Assembly (NCBI GenBank): GCA_963724365.1
Contig: CAVRUR010000003.1
Span: 120,528-144,527 of the forward strand
Origin: an uncultured beta proteobacterium
GTDB lineage: Bacteria; Pseudomonadota; Gammaproteobacteria; Burkholderiales; Burkholderiaceae_F
Direction of reading: 5' to 3'
Length of the DNA: 24,000 nt
The position numbers and the translations under genes were made by a program. The notes below the pieces were generated by a model. That model ran no database searches and had not been told where the DNA came from. It saw nothing but the letters and a program-made list of their open reading frames with translations. Positions 1-9,826 of the stretch are shown piece after piece (the first letter of the stretch is position 1; each line of letters opens with the position of its first letter).

Positions 1-225
1 CATTGCCGTGCAGATGCAGCACCGTGCCTTTGGCCTTTCCGTGCGCCGGCAGGAACCACGCGTGCAGTCGCGAGCCGTCAGTCGCCTGCAGCCAGACATC
101 CTCTGCCTGCAGGCCGAACTGGGCCGGAGTCGTGTACTGCAATGCATCGGGATAGAAGAAGTAACGCTCGACCCAGCCCGACACAAACATCGTCATCCCT
201 ACGGCGATGGCGCCTGCCACGCCCG

Positions 226-232
<7 letters not shown>
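1..232 (-). CDS. alpha/beta-fold hydrolase, N-terminal part (gene continues past window start)
   Basis: Manual minus-strand translation from the ATG at 232-230 gives [77 protein letters not shown]... This is an N-terminal hydrophobic helix followed by the DG..L..W..P....GTVL.LHGN lead-in typical of alpha/beta hydrolases. The ATG overlaps the sdaA stop (ATGCTGA), which suggests co-transcription. The ORF is absent from the ORF track because it runs off the window. Confidence 0.6.
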
Positions 233-1605
<1,373 letters not shown>

Positions 1606-1696
1606 GTGCAATTCCCATGCGCAGCATCGCACCCTTCGCGTCGGCCCGCACGTCGCCGCGCGTCAAGGTCCGCGCAGCTGCATGCTCCACGTGGCG

Positions 1697-2597
1697 CTAC
1701 CGACCGCCGGCCGGCCGCGGGGGAAGCGACTTCAGGTAGGCATGCACCGCAGCGACATCCGTATCGTTGATCTCGCGCAGCGTTTCGAAGGGCATCACTG
1801 CGATCGCGCTGCCATCCGGTCGCTTGCCGCTGCGGAACATGGCCTTCAACTTGTCGGCCGTGTCGTAGGTCGTCATCACCGTCCCCGCACCGGGCGTGAG
1901 ATTCGAGGCCGCCGGCCAGGAAGGCGGTCCACCCGGAATCATGCCGCCGGACAGGTTGCTCACCATGGCAGCCGAGGCACAGGTTGGCCACATAGCGGCC
2001 ATGCTCGGGGGTTACCCCTTCAGCGACGGCCGCGGCCGGCGGCAGCTTGTGATCGATCTTCTCCGCGGCATCCTTGACGACGCCGATCGCGTAGAGCGCC
2101 TTGACCGGCAGCGGCACGGTGAACTCGGCGGCACCCCCCGGCACGGGCGGCAGGCTGCGTGCAAAGGCGATCAGCGCGGCGATGTCGGCGTCCGTGAAGC
2201 GGTTGTAGTCCTCGCTCGGCATGACGAAGAGCGCCCGCCCGTCGGGCCGGATACCGTGCCGGATGGCTCGCACCCAGTCGGCCTCGGTGTACTTCGCGAC
2301 CACGCCGGCCGGTGTGATGTTCGGCGAGCGCACCCGGAAGCCGCCGGCCGCATCATCGATGAAGACCTGTCCTGCCCCGTTGGCGCCATGACAACCACCG
2401 CAGCCGCGCGACGCGAACAGATACTTTCCGCGCGCCAGCGTCGCGTCATCACTCACCACGGTCACGCCCTTGACGTCAACCTTGGTCACGCGCTCGCGCT
2501 TGCGATCGAACAGCAGGTTGGCCGCGACCACCAGCGCGATCCCGAGCACTACCAGCACGGCAACGAGTCTGGCAATCCATTTGAGCAATCGTTTCAT
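1697..2597 (-). pseudogene. membrane-anchored di-haem c-type cytochrome, one frameshift as assembled
   Basis: ORF 1353..2597 starts MKRLLKWIARLVAVLVVLGIALVVAANLL (TM anchor) and carries two CxxCH motifs (CGGCH, CLGCH). After CLGCHG the sensible sequence continues in the frame of ORF 1697..2002: NLSGGMIPGGPPSWPAASNLTPG...VMPFETLREINDTDVAAVHAYLKSLPP. The frame switch lies near 1955-1965. RBS GAGGA lies upstream of the ATG at 2597. Confidence 0.8.
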
Positions 2598-2713
2598 ATC
2601 CGTTCCTCGTTGAGGTCGCTATAGCCCCCGTTCCATGGAAGTGCGCGACCTTACGCGCCCGCAACGGCCAAGTCGAGGCCGCGCTCCAGTCGTTGCTGCA
2701 TCGCGACTTCGGG

Positions 2714-5408
2714 CTAGCGATACGAGTAGGTCGCGTTCAGGTAGAACGCGCGGCCGAGCGGGCTGGCTGTCTGCGGATTGAAGCCGGCCTGGAACGCGGT
2801 GCTCTGCAGCGAGAATGGCGGTTCTTCGTCGAACAGGTTGCGCACGCCCAGCGCCAGTTGCCAACCGGCGAAGCCGGTGTAGCGGCCCTGCAGATCCCAG
2901 CTCGAGCTCGAGCCCACATGTCGCGTGCCGGAATCCGCATCCCGCAACGGCTCGGTGTAGCCGGCGGAGTAGACCTGCGCGAGGGTCACGCCCCAGGGGC
3001 CGCGGTTCCAGTCCAGCGTCAGCGTGCTGCGCCAGCGCGGGATCGCGTTGCCATAGGTCGCGTCACCGAGCCGTGACACATAGGTGACGCCGTCGATCTG
3101 CGTTTCCCATTGCCGCACGTAGGTGCCCTGCAGGCCGATGCGCACCTGGCCCCAGTCCTGCGGCGGGGCCAGCCAACTGGCGAAGACATCGACGCCGGAC
3201 GTCTGCGTCGTACCAAGGTTGAGCGGGGAGATATCGATCGCGACGATCGGACCGGGCAGGTTCGGGTAGACCGGATCGACCGGGCCGCGCGTGATGCGGT
3301 CGGGAAAGCGCTGGTAGTAGCGCATCAGATTTTCTTCCGTCAGCGGCTCGATGATGCCCTTCTGCTCGATCGCCCAGTAGTCGACCCCAAGCGAAAGACC
3401 GCGCACCGGCTCCCAGACGACGCCGAGGTTCCACTGCGTCGAGGTCTCGGGCTGCAGGTTCGGGTTGCCGCCGGAAAAGACTTCGACGAAGGCCAGGCAA
3501 TCGTCAACCAGTCCGGTCACGGGGCATCGGACGGGATCCTCGAAGATGGTGATGCCAGCAGACGCCGTCGGCTCGCTCAGCGTGTACAGCGGCGGCGCGC
3601 GGAAACCCTCTCCCCACGAGCCGCGCAGCAGCAGGGTCTGCAGCGGCTGCCAGCGCAGCGCGACCTTCGGGTTGGTGGTCGAGCCGAAGTCGCTGTATTC
3701 GTCGAAGCGCAGCGCGAGTTGGGCATCGAGTCCGCGCACGATCGGCACCGCGAGTTCCGCATAGAGCGAATAGACGCTGCGGCTGCCGCTGATGGCCTTC
3801 AGCTGATCGCCGAGCGGCGAATTGCCGGCCAGCACTTCAGGATCCCAGTCGTAGGACAGTCGCTCGCGTCGCGCCTCGGCGCCGAGCGCAAGCGCCAGCG
3901 GGCCTGCCGGCAGTTGTGCGATCTCGCGCGACGCAAACGCGTTGACGAGCGATGTCGTTCCGTCCGCGGTCTGTGGCGTGCCGCTGTAGGCGGTCGAGGC
4001 GAGCAGCGCGGACCCTTCCGGTCCCGAGGGTCCCCACGGATTGATCAGTCCGGTCGCTATCGCCGGGACGATCCGGTTCGCGTAGACGAAGCTGCCGCTG
4101 TAGGCGTTCTCCTGCTGGTTCCAGTTGTAGACGGCAGCGACGCTGTAGTCCCAGCCGGCGGCCCGACCCTCGGCGCCCAGCACATAGCGCTGCGTGTCGC
4201 TTGTGGTCGTATTTGTGCGCGCGCCGAGTTCGGTGGCCCGGAACGAGATCAACAGGCTGCCCGCGAGGCCGTTGGCTGCGGCGAAGTCGGTCGGGTAGTA
4301 CGGGCCGCCGGCCGGATAGCGCAACTGGCCGAACGAGGTCACCGGAGGGATCGCATTGGGCGCGATGGCAGACTCGAAGCCGATTGCGGCCGAGCAGCGC
4401 CTCGGCAAACAGGTCGAGGTCTGCGTTCAGTCGCCAGGTTCCGCGCACCAGCGCACTGGTGCGCTCGACCTCGGGCAGCAGGTCGATCGCCGGCGGCGTA
4501 GTCGTAGCCGCAGGCGAGATCGTTGTCGGGTGGGAATCGGATCGGAATTGCCGTCGGCGGCAGGCATCCGGCGGTCGCACGTCGGATTCAGGATGCGCCC
4601 GCGCGTGCGATCGAAGATGTTGGACGGGAAGGTGAACGGAGTGAGGATGTCGATGCCCTGGTCGGGCCGGTACGCGGTGCGCGCGAAGTCGCGATCGATC
4701 GCCCGCAGGGCCTGCTGCTTCTGGTAGGCCAGCGACGCGAAGACGTTGTAGCCGTCGCGCGTCGGATCGCCGTAGCCCGCCGTGATGTTCGACTTGCCCC
4801 TCGTTGCCGCCGCCGTGCTGGGTGGCAGTGAAGCCGCCGGCGACTTCGACGCCCTGGTAGTCCTTGCGCAGGATGAAGTTGATGACGCCGGCGATCGCGT
4901 CGGTGCCGTAGATGGCCGAGGCGCCATCCTTCAGCACTTCGACGCGCTCGATCGCCGCGAACGGGATCGAATTCAGGTCGACCGGACGCGCCGTCGAACG
5001 CGTAGTTGCCGAGACGCCGACCGTTGAGCAGCACGAGCGTCGATCCGCCGCCGAGACCGCGCAGGTTGGCGGACGACAATCCCGGGTTACCAAGCCGTTG
5101 CCGATCGTCTGCGAGATATTGAACGGATTGACGTTGGCCGGCACGCGCTCGAGCAGCTGTTCGACCGTGGTGACGCCGCTCCTCTCGATGTCCTCGCGCG
5201 TGAGCACCTGCACCGGCAGCGCCGACTCGACGTCGGTCTGCCGGATGTGCGAGCCGGTGACGACGACGCGCTCGAACGTCGTGGTCGGCGCCGCCTGCCC
5301 CTGCTCTTGCGCCTGCGCGGCGGCGGTCAGCATGAGCAGCGCCGCAAACGGGAACACGACTGCACCGCAGTCGCAAAAACGCCCACGCCACCGCACGAGC
5401 TGGAACAA
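2714..5408 (-). pseudogene. TonB-dependent outer-membrane receptor, at least 6 frameshifts as assembled
   Basis: The N-terminus in ORF 3837..5408 has a signal peptide ending AQA, then FERVVVTGSHI and plug-domain sequence. The plug continues in ORF 4588..5478 ([30 protein letters not shown]) and then back in the first frame ([37 protein letters not shown]). The barrel runs through ORF 4427..4927 and ORF 2714..4408. It ends with a typical C-terminal strand (GRAFYLNATYSYR). There is no N-terminal signalling (STN) extension. Confidence 0.85.
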
Positions 5409-5628
5409 GCGGCCCCCCGACCGATATTGCGGCCCCTCCGGCGGCTGTCTTTATTGCCGAAGGCACCCAAACCGTCAAGCGGGAAATTCACCGGCCGGAC
5501 AGCCGGCGGAGTGCAGCGCCGCGCCGCTCCAAGCAAGCTCGCGCCGCAGCCCGGAGGCTCCACGGAATCATCACGGCGCTCGGTTTTCCATGGAAAATGC
5601 GCACTGCTGGCGGAACCCGAGGGCGACG

Positions 5629-6183
5629 ATGAGCGACGTCACCGTCTTATTGCACCGCATCGCCGAGAACGACCGCGAGGCTCTCGACGCACTCTTTGAG
5701 TTGCTGTACGCCGACATCCACCGCATGGCGCGCGCACGGCTCGCCGAAAACGGCCCCTTGACGATGCTCGACACGACTTCGCTGGCGCACGAGGCCTACC
5801 TGCGGCTACACGGCGCCGGCCGCATCGACCTCGACTGCCGGGGCCGATTCATGGCCTACGTCTCGCAGGTCTTGCGCTCAGTCATCGTCGACTTCGCCCG
5901 CAAGCGCAACGCCGAGCGCCGCGGCGGCGGCCATGCAAACCTGACGCTCAACACCGAGATCGCCGGCTCGATCGGTAACCAGGACGAAGACATCATCCGC
6001 ATCAACGACGCCCTGGACGAGCTCGACAAGGTCGACCCGCGGCTGCGCAAGGTGGTCGAGATGCGCTATTTCGCCGGCCTGAGCGAGAAAGAGATCGCCG
6101 AAGCGCTCGACTTGAACGAACGCACCGTGCGGCGCGACTGGGAGCGCGCCCGGCTGCTGCTGTCGGTTTCGCTGAAACGCTGA
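5629..6183 (+). CDS. ECF sigma-70 family factor, PF07638 / TIGR02999-like (the ECF43-type group that pairs with Ser/Thr kinases)
   Basis: In-frame part of ORF 4912..6183. MSDVTVLLHRIAENDREALDALFELLYADIHRMARARLAENGPLTMLDTTSLAHEAYLRL matches the characteristic N-terminus of this family (M.DIT.LL....GD..A...L...VY.ELR..A...L......TL..TALV.EAYLRL). The C-terminal region 4 reads VVEMRYFAGLSEKEIAEALDLNERTVRRDWERARLLL. RBS GAGGG lies 5 nt upstream of the ATG at 5629. No anti-sigma gene is adjacent. Confidence 0.9.
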   Translation: MSDVTVLLHRIAENDREALDALFELLYADIHRMARARLAENGPLTMLDTTSLAHEAYLRLHGAGRIDLDCRGRFMAYVSQVLRSVIVDFARKRNAERRGGGHANLTLNTEIAGSIGNQDEDIIRINDALDELDKVDPRLRKVVEMRYFAGLSEKEIAEALDLNERTVRRDWERARLLLSVSLKR

Positions 6184-6190
6184 CACCTAC

Positions 6191-6217
6191 TGTCCGGTTT
6201 TCCAACAGAAATACGTC
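6191..6217 (+). promoter_or_regulatory. candidate ECF-type promoter P1 (TGTCCGGTTT-N13-CGTC) in the sigma-kinase intergenic gap
   Basis: TGTCCGGTTT at 6191-6200, a 13-nt spacer, then CGTC at 6214-6217. This is 8 nt after the sigma stop and about 32 nt before the kinase ATG. The same 10-mer, spacing and CGTC recur at 9260 and 9523. Confidence 0.6.
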
Positions 6218-6248
6218 TTTGCGGTGAGGGAGAGTTACGCCCACGCGC

Positions 6249-9215
6249 ATGATCACAAGTCGCGCACTGACCGCACAGGACTGGCACCGGCTTAATGATT
6301 TGCTGGCGGCGGCGCTCGAGCTTGAAGCCTCGAAGCGCGCGAGCTGGCTGGCCGCGCTGCCGGAGTCGGCGAGCGACCTGAGACCGCTGCTGGCCGAGCT
6401 GCTGACGAGTGTCGGTGCGACCGGTTTCGACGATACCAGGCAGACCCTGCAACCGGTTGTGCAGCTGGCCTCAGCTGCGATTTCTGCGATGCGTCGGGAG
6501 CAGGCCGGCGACCGCATCGGCCCGTGGCAGCTGGAGCGGCTGCTGGCTGAGGGTGGCATGGGGGCGGTGTGGGTGGCGCAGCGTGCCGACGGCGTGATGC
6601 AGCGGCGCGCGGCGCTCAAGCTGCCGCGCGCCGAGTGGGTCGATCATGGGTTAAGCCAGCGCCTGGCGCGCGAGCGCGCGATCCTCGCGCGCCTGCAGCA
6701 TCCGCATATCGCGGTGCTGTTCGATGCCGGGCTGGCCGATGGCGGCCGGCCGTACCTGGCGCTCGAGTACGTCGATGGCGTGCCGATCGATGCGTACTGC
6801 CAGGGCCGTGAGCTCAAGGACGTGCTGCGGCTGATGGTGCAGGTCGTGCGCGCCGTGGCCTACGCGCATGGCCAGCTCGTGATCCACCGCGATCTCAAAC
6901 CCGCCAACGTACTGGTGATGGCCGACGGTTCTCCGAAGCTGCTCGACTTCGGCATCTCCAAGCTGATCGAGGGTGACACCACGACCGCGGAGGCCACAGC
7001 GTTGACACGGCTGGCGGGACGTCCGATGACGCTCGCCTACGCCGCGCCCGAGCAGGTGCTGGCGCTGCCGATCACGGTGTCGGCGGATGTCTATGCGCTG
7101 GGGGTGATGCTGGCCGAGCTGCTCGCCGGTGCGCGGCTGTACCGATCGCAGGAGCCGCGTGCGCTGGAAGCCGAGATCCTCACCGGCGATCTGCGCGTGC
7201 CGAGCGAGATCGCCAGCGACAAGGTGCGTGCCCGCGCGCTCAAGGGCGATCTGGATGCGATCGTGGCCACGGCGCTCAAGCGCCAGCCGCACGAGCGCTA
7301 CGACAGTGCCGCCGCACTGGCCGACGATCTGGAGCGCTACCTCGACGGCGAGCCGGTGCGCGCCCGCCCCGACAGCCGCGCCTATCGGCTGAAGAAGTTC
7401 ATCGCCCGCAACACGCTGGCGGTGGGTGCGGCCAGCGCCATCGTGCTGGCGCTGGGCATCGGCCTGGGGCTCGCGCTGTGGCAGGGCAATGAAGCGCGCA
7501 CTCAGGCGCAGCGCGCCACCGCGCTCAACACCTTCGTGCTGGGCCTGATCCGCACCGCCGACCCCAACGCATCGGTTCAGACCAAGGCCGCCGACGTGGC
7601 CATGCTGCACTCCATCGAAGACCGCATCGACCACGACTTCAAGGGCTCGCCCGACCAGCTGCTGCAACTCAGAGTGACGGTCGGTGAAGCCTACAAAAAC
7701 CGTGGTGAGATGGTCGCGGCGCAGCGCGTCTTCCAGCGAGCGGTCGACGATGCAAGTTCCTACCTGCGCGCAGATGACCTGCGCCTGCTGACCGCGCAGG
7801 TTCGCGCAGCCGACGAGCGACTTATCGTCTCGACCGCGGCGGCCGGGCAGCTTGATCGTGCCATCGAGATCTTGCGCCCAAAGAGTCGCGACAACCTCGA
7901 GGCAGCCGAACTCCTGCTGGATGCGCTGCTGATCCGAAGCACACTGGTGAACGAATACGGCGTGCCAGCTTACGTCACACCGGAAGAGAACACCCGGACT
8001 GTCGACGAAATGGAACGCCTGGCGCTCGACCACTTTGGCCCGGGCAGCCGTCAGCATCTGCGTGCGGTCGGCGCAAAGTCAGGCCTGGTCAACCTGCGAA
8101 GCGGCCCCGAAGCCGCCTATCCGATCCTGGCTACGGCGATGGAGCAGGCGCTCTTGCGCAACGATGGGGTGATCGACAGCGTGGACTTTCTCAACGCCAG
8201 CGCCGTCCGGGCCGTCCTTGACTGCGCCAACGGCAAAGTCCCCCAAGGGCTCGACACGCTGTGGAGGCTCAACTCGGCGGTGCGCACGTCCCACGGCCCG
8301 ACCAGTTACCTGCTCGAAGCGATCCTGCAGGGCATCGCCGACTGTCTCGCCGCGGTCGACGACAAGACGGCGTTTGGCTGGGTGCAGGACGCCTACGACA
8401 TCGCGGCCGCCCGCGAGCGGCCGCCCTCGACCAACCTGCTGCATCGTGCAATTGCGGCGTGGGACTGGTCGACGGGCGCACGGGACGTCGAGGCCGCCGA
8501 ACGCTACTACCAGAAGGCGATCGAGAACGTACAGGCATTCCCCGAAGAGGCAATCCGCGACCGCCTGACGGCCGGCCTGCGCCTCGGTCGCGTTTGCCAG
8601 CTGGCGCAGCGCGGTGACGCGGCGGATGCCGCACGCGTAGCCGAGCCGCTGATCGCAGGCTTCAACGCCGACTACGCGAGGATCAACCGGCTGACGCCGA
8701 ATCAGGGAGCGATCTGGATCTGTTACAGCGACGCGCTGCGCCAGCTCGGCCGCTACGACGAGGCGATCAAGGCCGCGCAGACCTTTGCGGAACGGTGTCG
8801 CGCGATCCTGCGCTTTGCGCCGGGTGCACGCTGCGAGCACCGCGCGCTTTCGGCCAAGGCGGTTGTCCAGCTCGACGCGGGCCGGCTCGCGGAGGCGCGC
8901 GCGACGCTGGACGAGCGCATGAAGCTCGCTCCGAAGACGGAGGGCGATCCGCGCTTCCCTCTCGCCTTTGCACGCGTGATGATCGCGACCGGACGCGGCG
9001 CCGAAGCGATCGATGTGACGCGCGACAACTACGGCGGCTGGCTGTCGACGCAGCCAGCGAGTCCCTATACCGCCGAAGCGCTGTACTGGTTCGGCCGGGC
9101 CTACCAGGCCGCCGGCGACAAGCGCGGCGACTGGATGGTCCCGCAGGCCCGACGGGCCCTGGTGAAGTCGCCGGTCTCGTATCACAAGACACTGGCCGCC
9201 GGCATGGCGTTCTGA
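6249..9215 (+). CDS. membrane Hanks-type Ser/Thr protein kinase with a large extracytoplasmic helical (TPR-like) domain
   Basis: Intact 988-aa ORF. Kinase motifs are the Gly loop EGGMGAVW (aa 101-108), AALK (K124), HRDLKPAN (213-220), DFG (233-235) and APE (266-268). A single TM helix LAVGAASAIVLALGIGLGLALW spans about aa 390-411. About 575 aa of Ala/Leu/Arg-rich helical repeat sequence follows. The N-terminal ~90 aa (W.RLNDLL..AL.L....R..WL) is typical of kinases encoded next to PF07638 sigma factors. Confidence 0.9.
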   Translation: MITSRALTAQDWHRLNDLLAAALELEASKRASWLAALPESASDLRPLLAELLTSVGATGFDDTRQTLQPVVQLASAAISAMRREQAGDRIGPWQLERLLAEGGMGAVWVAQRADGVMQRRAALKLPRAEWVDHGLSQRLARERAILARLQHPHIAVLFDAGLADGGRPYLALEYVDGVPIDAYCQGRELKDVLRLMVQVVRAVAYAHGQLVIHRDLKPANVLVMADGSPKLLDFGISKLIEGDTTTAEATALTRLAGRPMTLAYAAPEQVLALPITVSADVYALGVMLAELLAGARLYRSQEPRALEAEILTGDLRVPSEIASDKVRARALKGDLDAIVATALKRQPHERYDSAAALADDLERYLDGEPVRARPDSRAYRLKKFIARNTLAVGAASAIVLALGIGLGLALWQGNEARTQAQRATALNTFVLGLIRTADPNASVQTKAADVAMLHSIEDRIDHDFKGSPDQLLQLRVTVGEAYKNRGEMVAAQRVFQRAVDDASSYLRADDLRLLTAQVRAADERLIVSTAAAGQLDRAIEILRPKSRDNLEAAELLLDALLIRSTLVNEYGVPAYVTPEENTRTVDEMERLALDHFGPGSRQHLRAVGAKSGLVNLRSGPEAAYPILATAMEQALLRNDGVIDSVDFLNASAVRAVLDCANGKVPQGLDTLWRLNSAVRTSHGPTSYLLEAILQGIADCLAAVDDKTAFGWVQDAYDIAAARERPPSTNLLHRAIAAWDWSTGARDVEAAERYYQKAIENVQAFPEEAIRDRLTAGLRLGRVCQLAQRGDAADAARVAEPLIAGFNADYARINRLTPNQGAIWICYSDALRQLGRYDEAIKAAQTFAERCRAILRFAPGARCEHRALSAKAVVQLDAGRLAEARATLDERMKLAPKTEGDPRFPLAFARVMIATGRGAEAIDVTRDNYGGWLSTQPASPYTAEALYWFGRAYQAAGDKRGDWMVPQARRALVKSPVSYHKTLAAGMAF

Positions 9216-9221
9216 CCGGTG

Positions 9222-9239
9222 GCCGGGCGAGAGCCCGGC
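9222..9239 (+). terminator. GC-rich hairpin just after the kinase stop (weak terminator or attenuator candidate)
   Basis: GCCGGGC-gaga-GCCCGGC forms a perfect 7-bp stem with a 4-nt loop. It is followed only by a poor U-tract (gcaccgaattct). Confidence 0.3.
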
Positions 9240-9259
9240 GCACCGAATTCTCCGGCCCA

Positions 9260-9286
9260 TGTCCGGTTTGGCGTCCTCCTTGCGTC
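9260..9286 (+). promoter_or_regulatory. candidate ECF-type promoter P2 (TGTCCGGTTT-N13-CGTC) for small ORF A
   Basis: TGTCCGGTTT at 9260-9269, a 13-nt spacer, then CGTC at 9283-9286. This lies about 50 nt upstream of the ATG at 9337. Confidence 0.6.
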
Positions 9287-9336
9287 CCTACCAGCAAGAG
9301 CCCACTACGCGGGCTTCAACCGAACGGAGGGACACC

Positions 9337-9504
9337 ATGAAGAACTCGATGATCAAGCAAGTGGCCGGATTGGCCGCCGCGGCGTGCACGACGCTGGTGA
9401 TCTTCTCGGCCGTCGCCGCCCTGGCCGACTCAGACCGCGCCGCGTTGCACCAGGCCAAAGTCGCACCGGCCACGGTCGTGGCGACTGCGTCCGTGGTCCG
9501 CTAG
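9337..9504 (+). CDS. small hypothetical protein A (55 aa), signal-peptide or TM-anchor-like
   Basis: Internal ATG of ORF 9259..9504, with RBS GGAGGG 5 nt upstream. Sequence: [55 protein letters not shown]. It has a basic N-region, a ~20-aa hydrophobic core, an ALA|D site like a signal peptidase I site, and a 25-aa tail. It is paralogous to ORF B immediately downstream. Confidence 0.6.
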   Translation: MKNSMIKQVAGLAAAACTTLVIFSAVAALADSDRAALHQAKVAPATVVATASVVR

Positions 9505-9522
9505 GCAGAAGTTCCAGGCGAA

Positions 9523-9549
9523 TGTCCGGTTTCGCTTCCGAACCACGTC
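9523..9549 (+). promoter_or_regulatory. candidate ECF-type promoter P3 (TGTCCGGTTT-N13-CGTC) for small ORF B
   Basis: TGTCCGGTTT at 9523-9532, a 13-nt spacer, then CGTC at 9546-9549. This lies about 50 nt upstream of the ATG at 9600. The sequence downstream of CGTC (CGTCCCTAC..ACAAGAGCCC...GGGCT...CGAAC.GGAG) aligns with that of P2. Confidence 0.6.
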
Positions 9550-9599
9550 CCTACATACAAGAGCCCCCCGTCGGGCTCGCACGAACAGGAGAAGACCTC

Positions 9600-9773
9600 A
9601 TGACGAACTCTTACCTCAAGCACGCAGTGGCCCTGGGCGCAGCCGTCACGACGACTCTGATTCTCTTCAGCGGCGTGGTTGCGCTGGCAGATGATGACAA
9701 GGCCGCGCTGGTCGCCGCCAAATCGGTGCGCGGCACGCAGGTCGTGCAGGCGACGTCGGCGGCGCAGCGCTAG
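9600..9773 (+). CDS. small hypothetical protein B (57 aa), paralog of A
   Basis: Internal ATG of ORF 9219..9773, with RBS AGGAG 8 nt upstream. Sequence: [57 protein letters not shown]. The architecture matches A, and identity by eye is roughly 40-45%. The shared core is TTL..FS.V.ALAD.D(R/K)AAL..AK. Confidence 0.6.
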   Translation: MTNSYLKHAVALGAAVTTTLILFSGVVALADDDKAALVAAKSVRGTQVVQATSAAQR

Positions 9774-9790
9774 TCCAACGTCGCTCGAAA

Positions 9791-9826
9791 GCAAAACGGC
9801 CGCGCGTGCGGCCGTTTTGCTTTTCT
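9791..9826. terminator. bidirectional rho-independent terminator between small ORF B (+) and gcvP (-)
   Basis: GCAAAACGGCCGC-gcgt-GCGGCCGTTTTGC forms a perfect 13-bp stem. TTTTCT follows on the plus strand. The stem supplies an A/T run for the minus strand. Confidence 0.8.

Noticed and set aside
2714-6183. The TonB-dependent receptor divergent from an ECF sigma gene could be a FecI/FecR/FecA-type cell-surface signalling system.
   Set aside because: The receptor goes straight from its signal peptide to the TonB-box/plug region and has no ~80-aa N-terminal signalling extension. No FecR-type anti-sigma gene is adjacent. The sigma belongs to the kinase-associated PF07638 type. No TGTCCGGTTT-N13-CGTC element lies upstream of the receptor. 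That region shows only a weak sigma70-like TTGACG-N17-AATAAA on the minus strand at 5478-5450, which I cannot support further.
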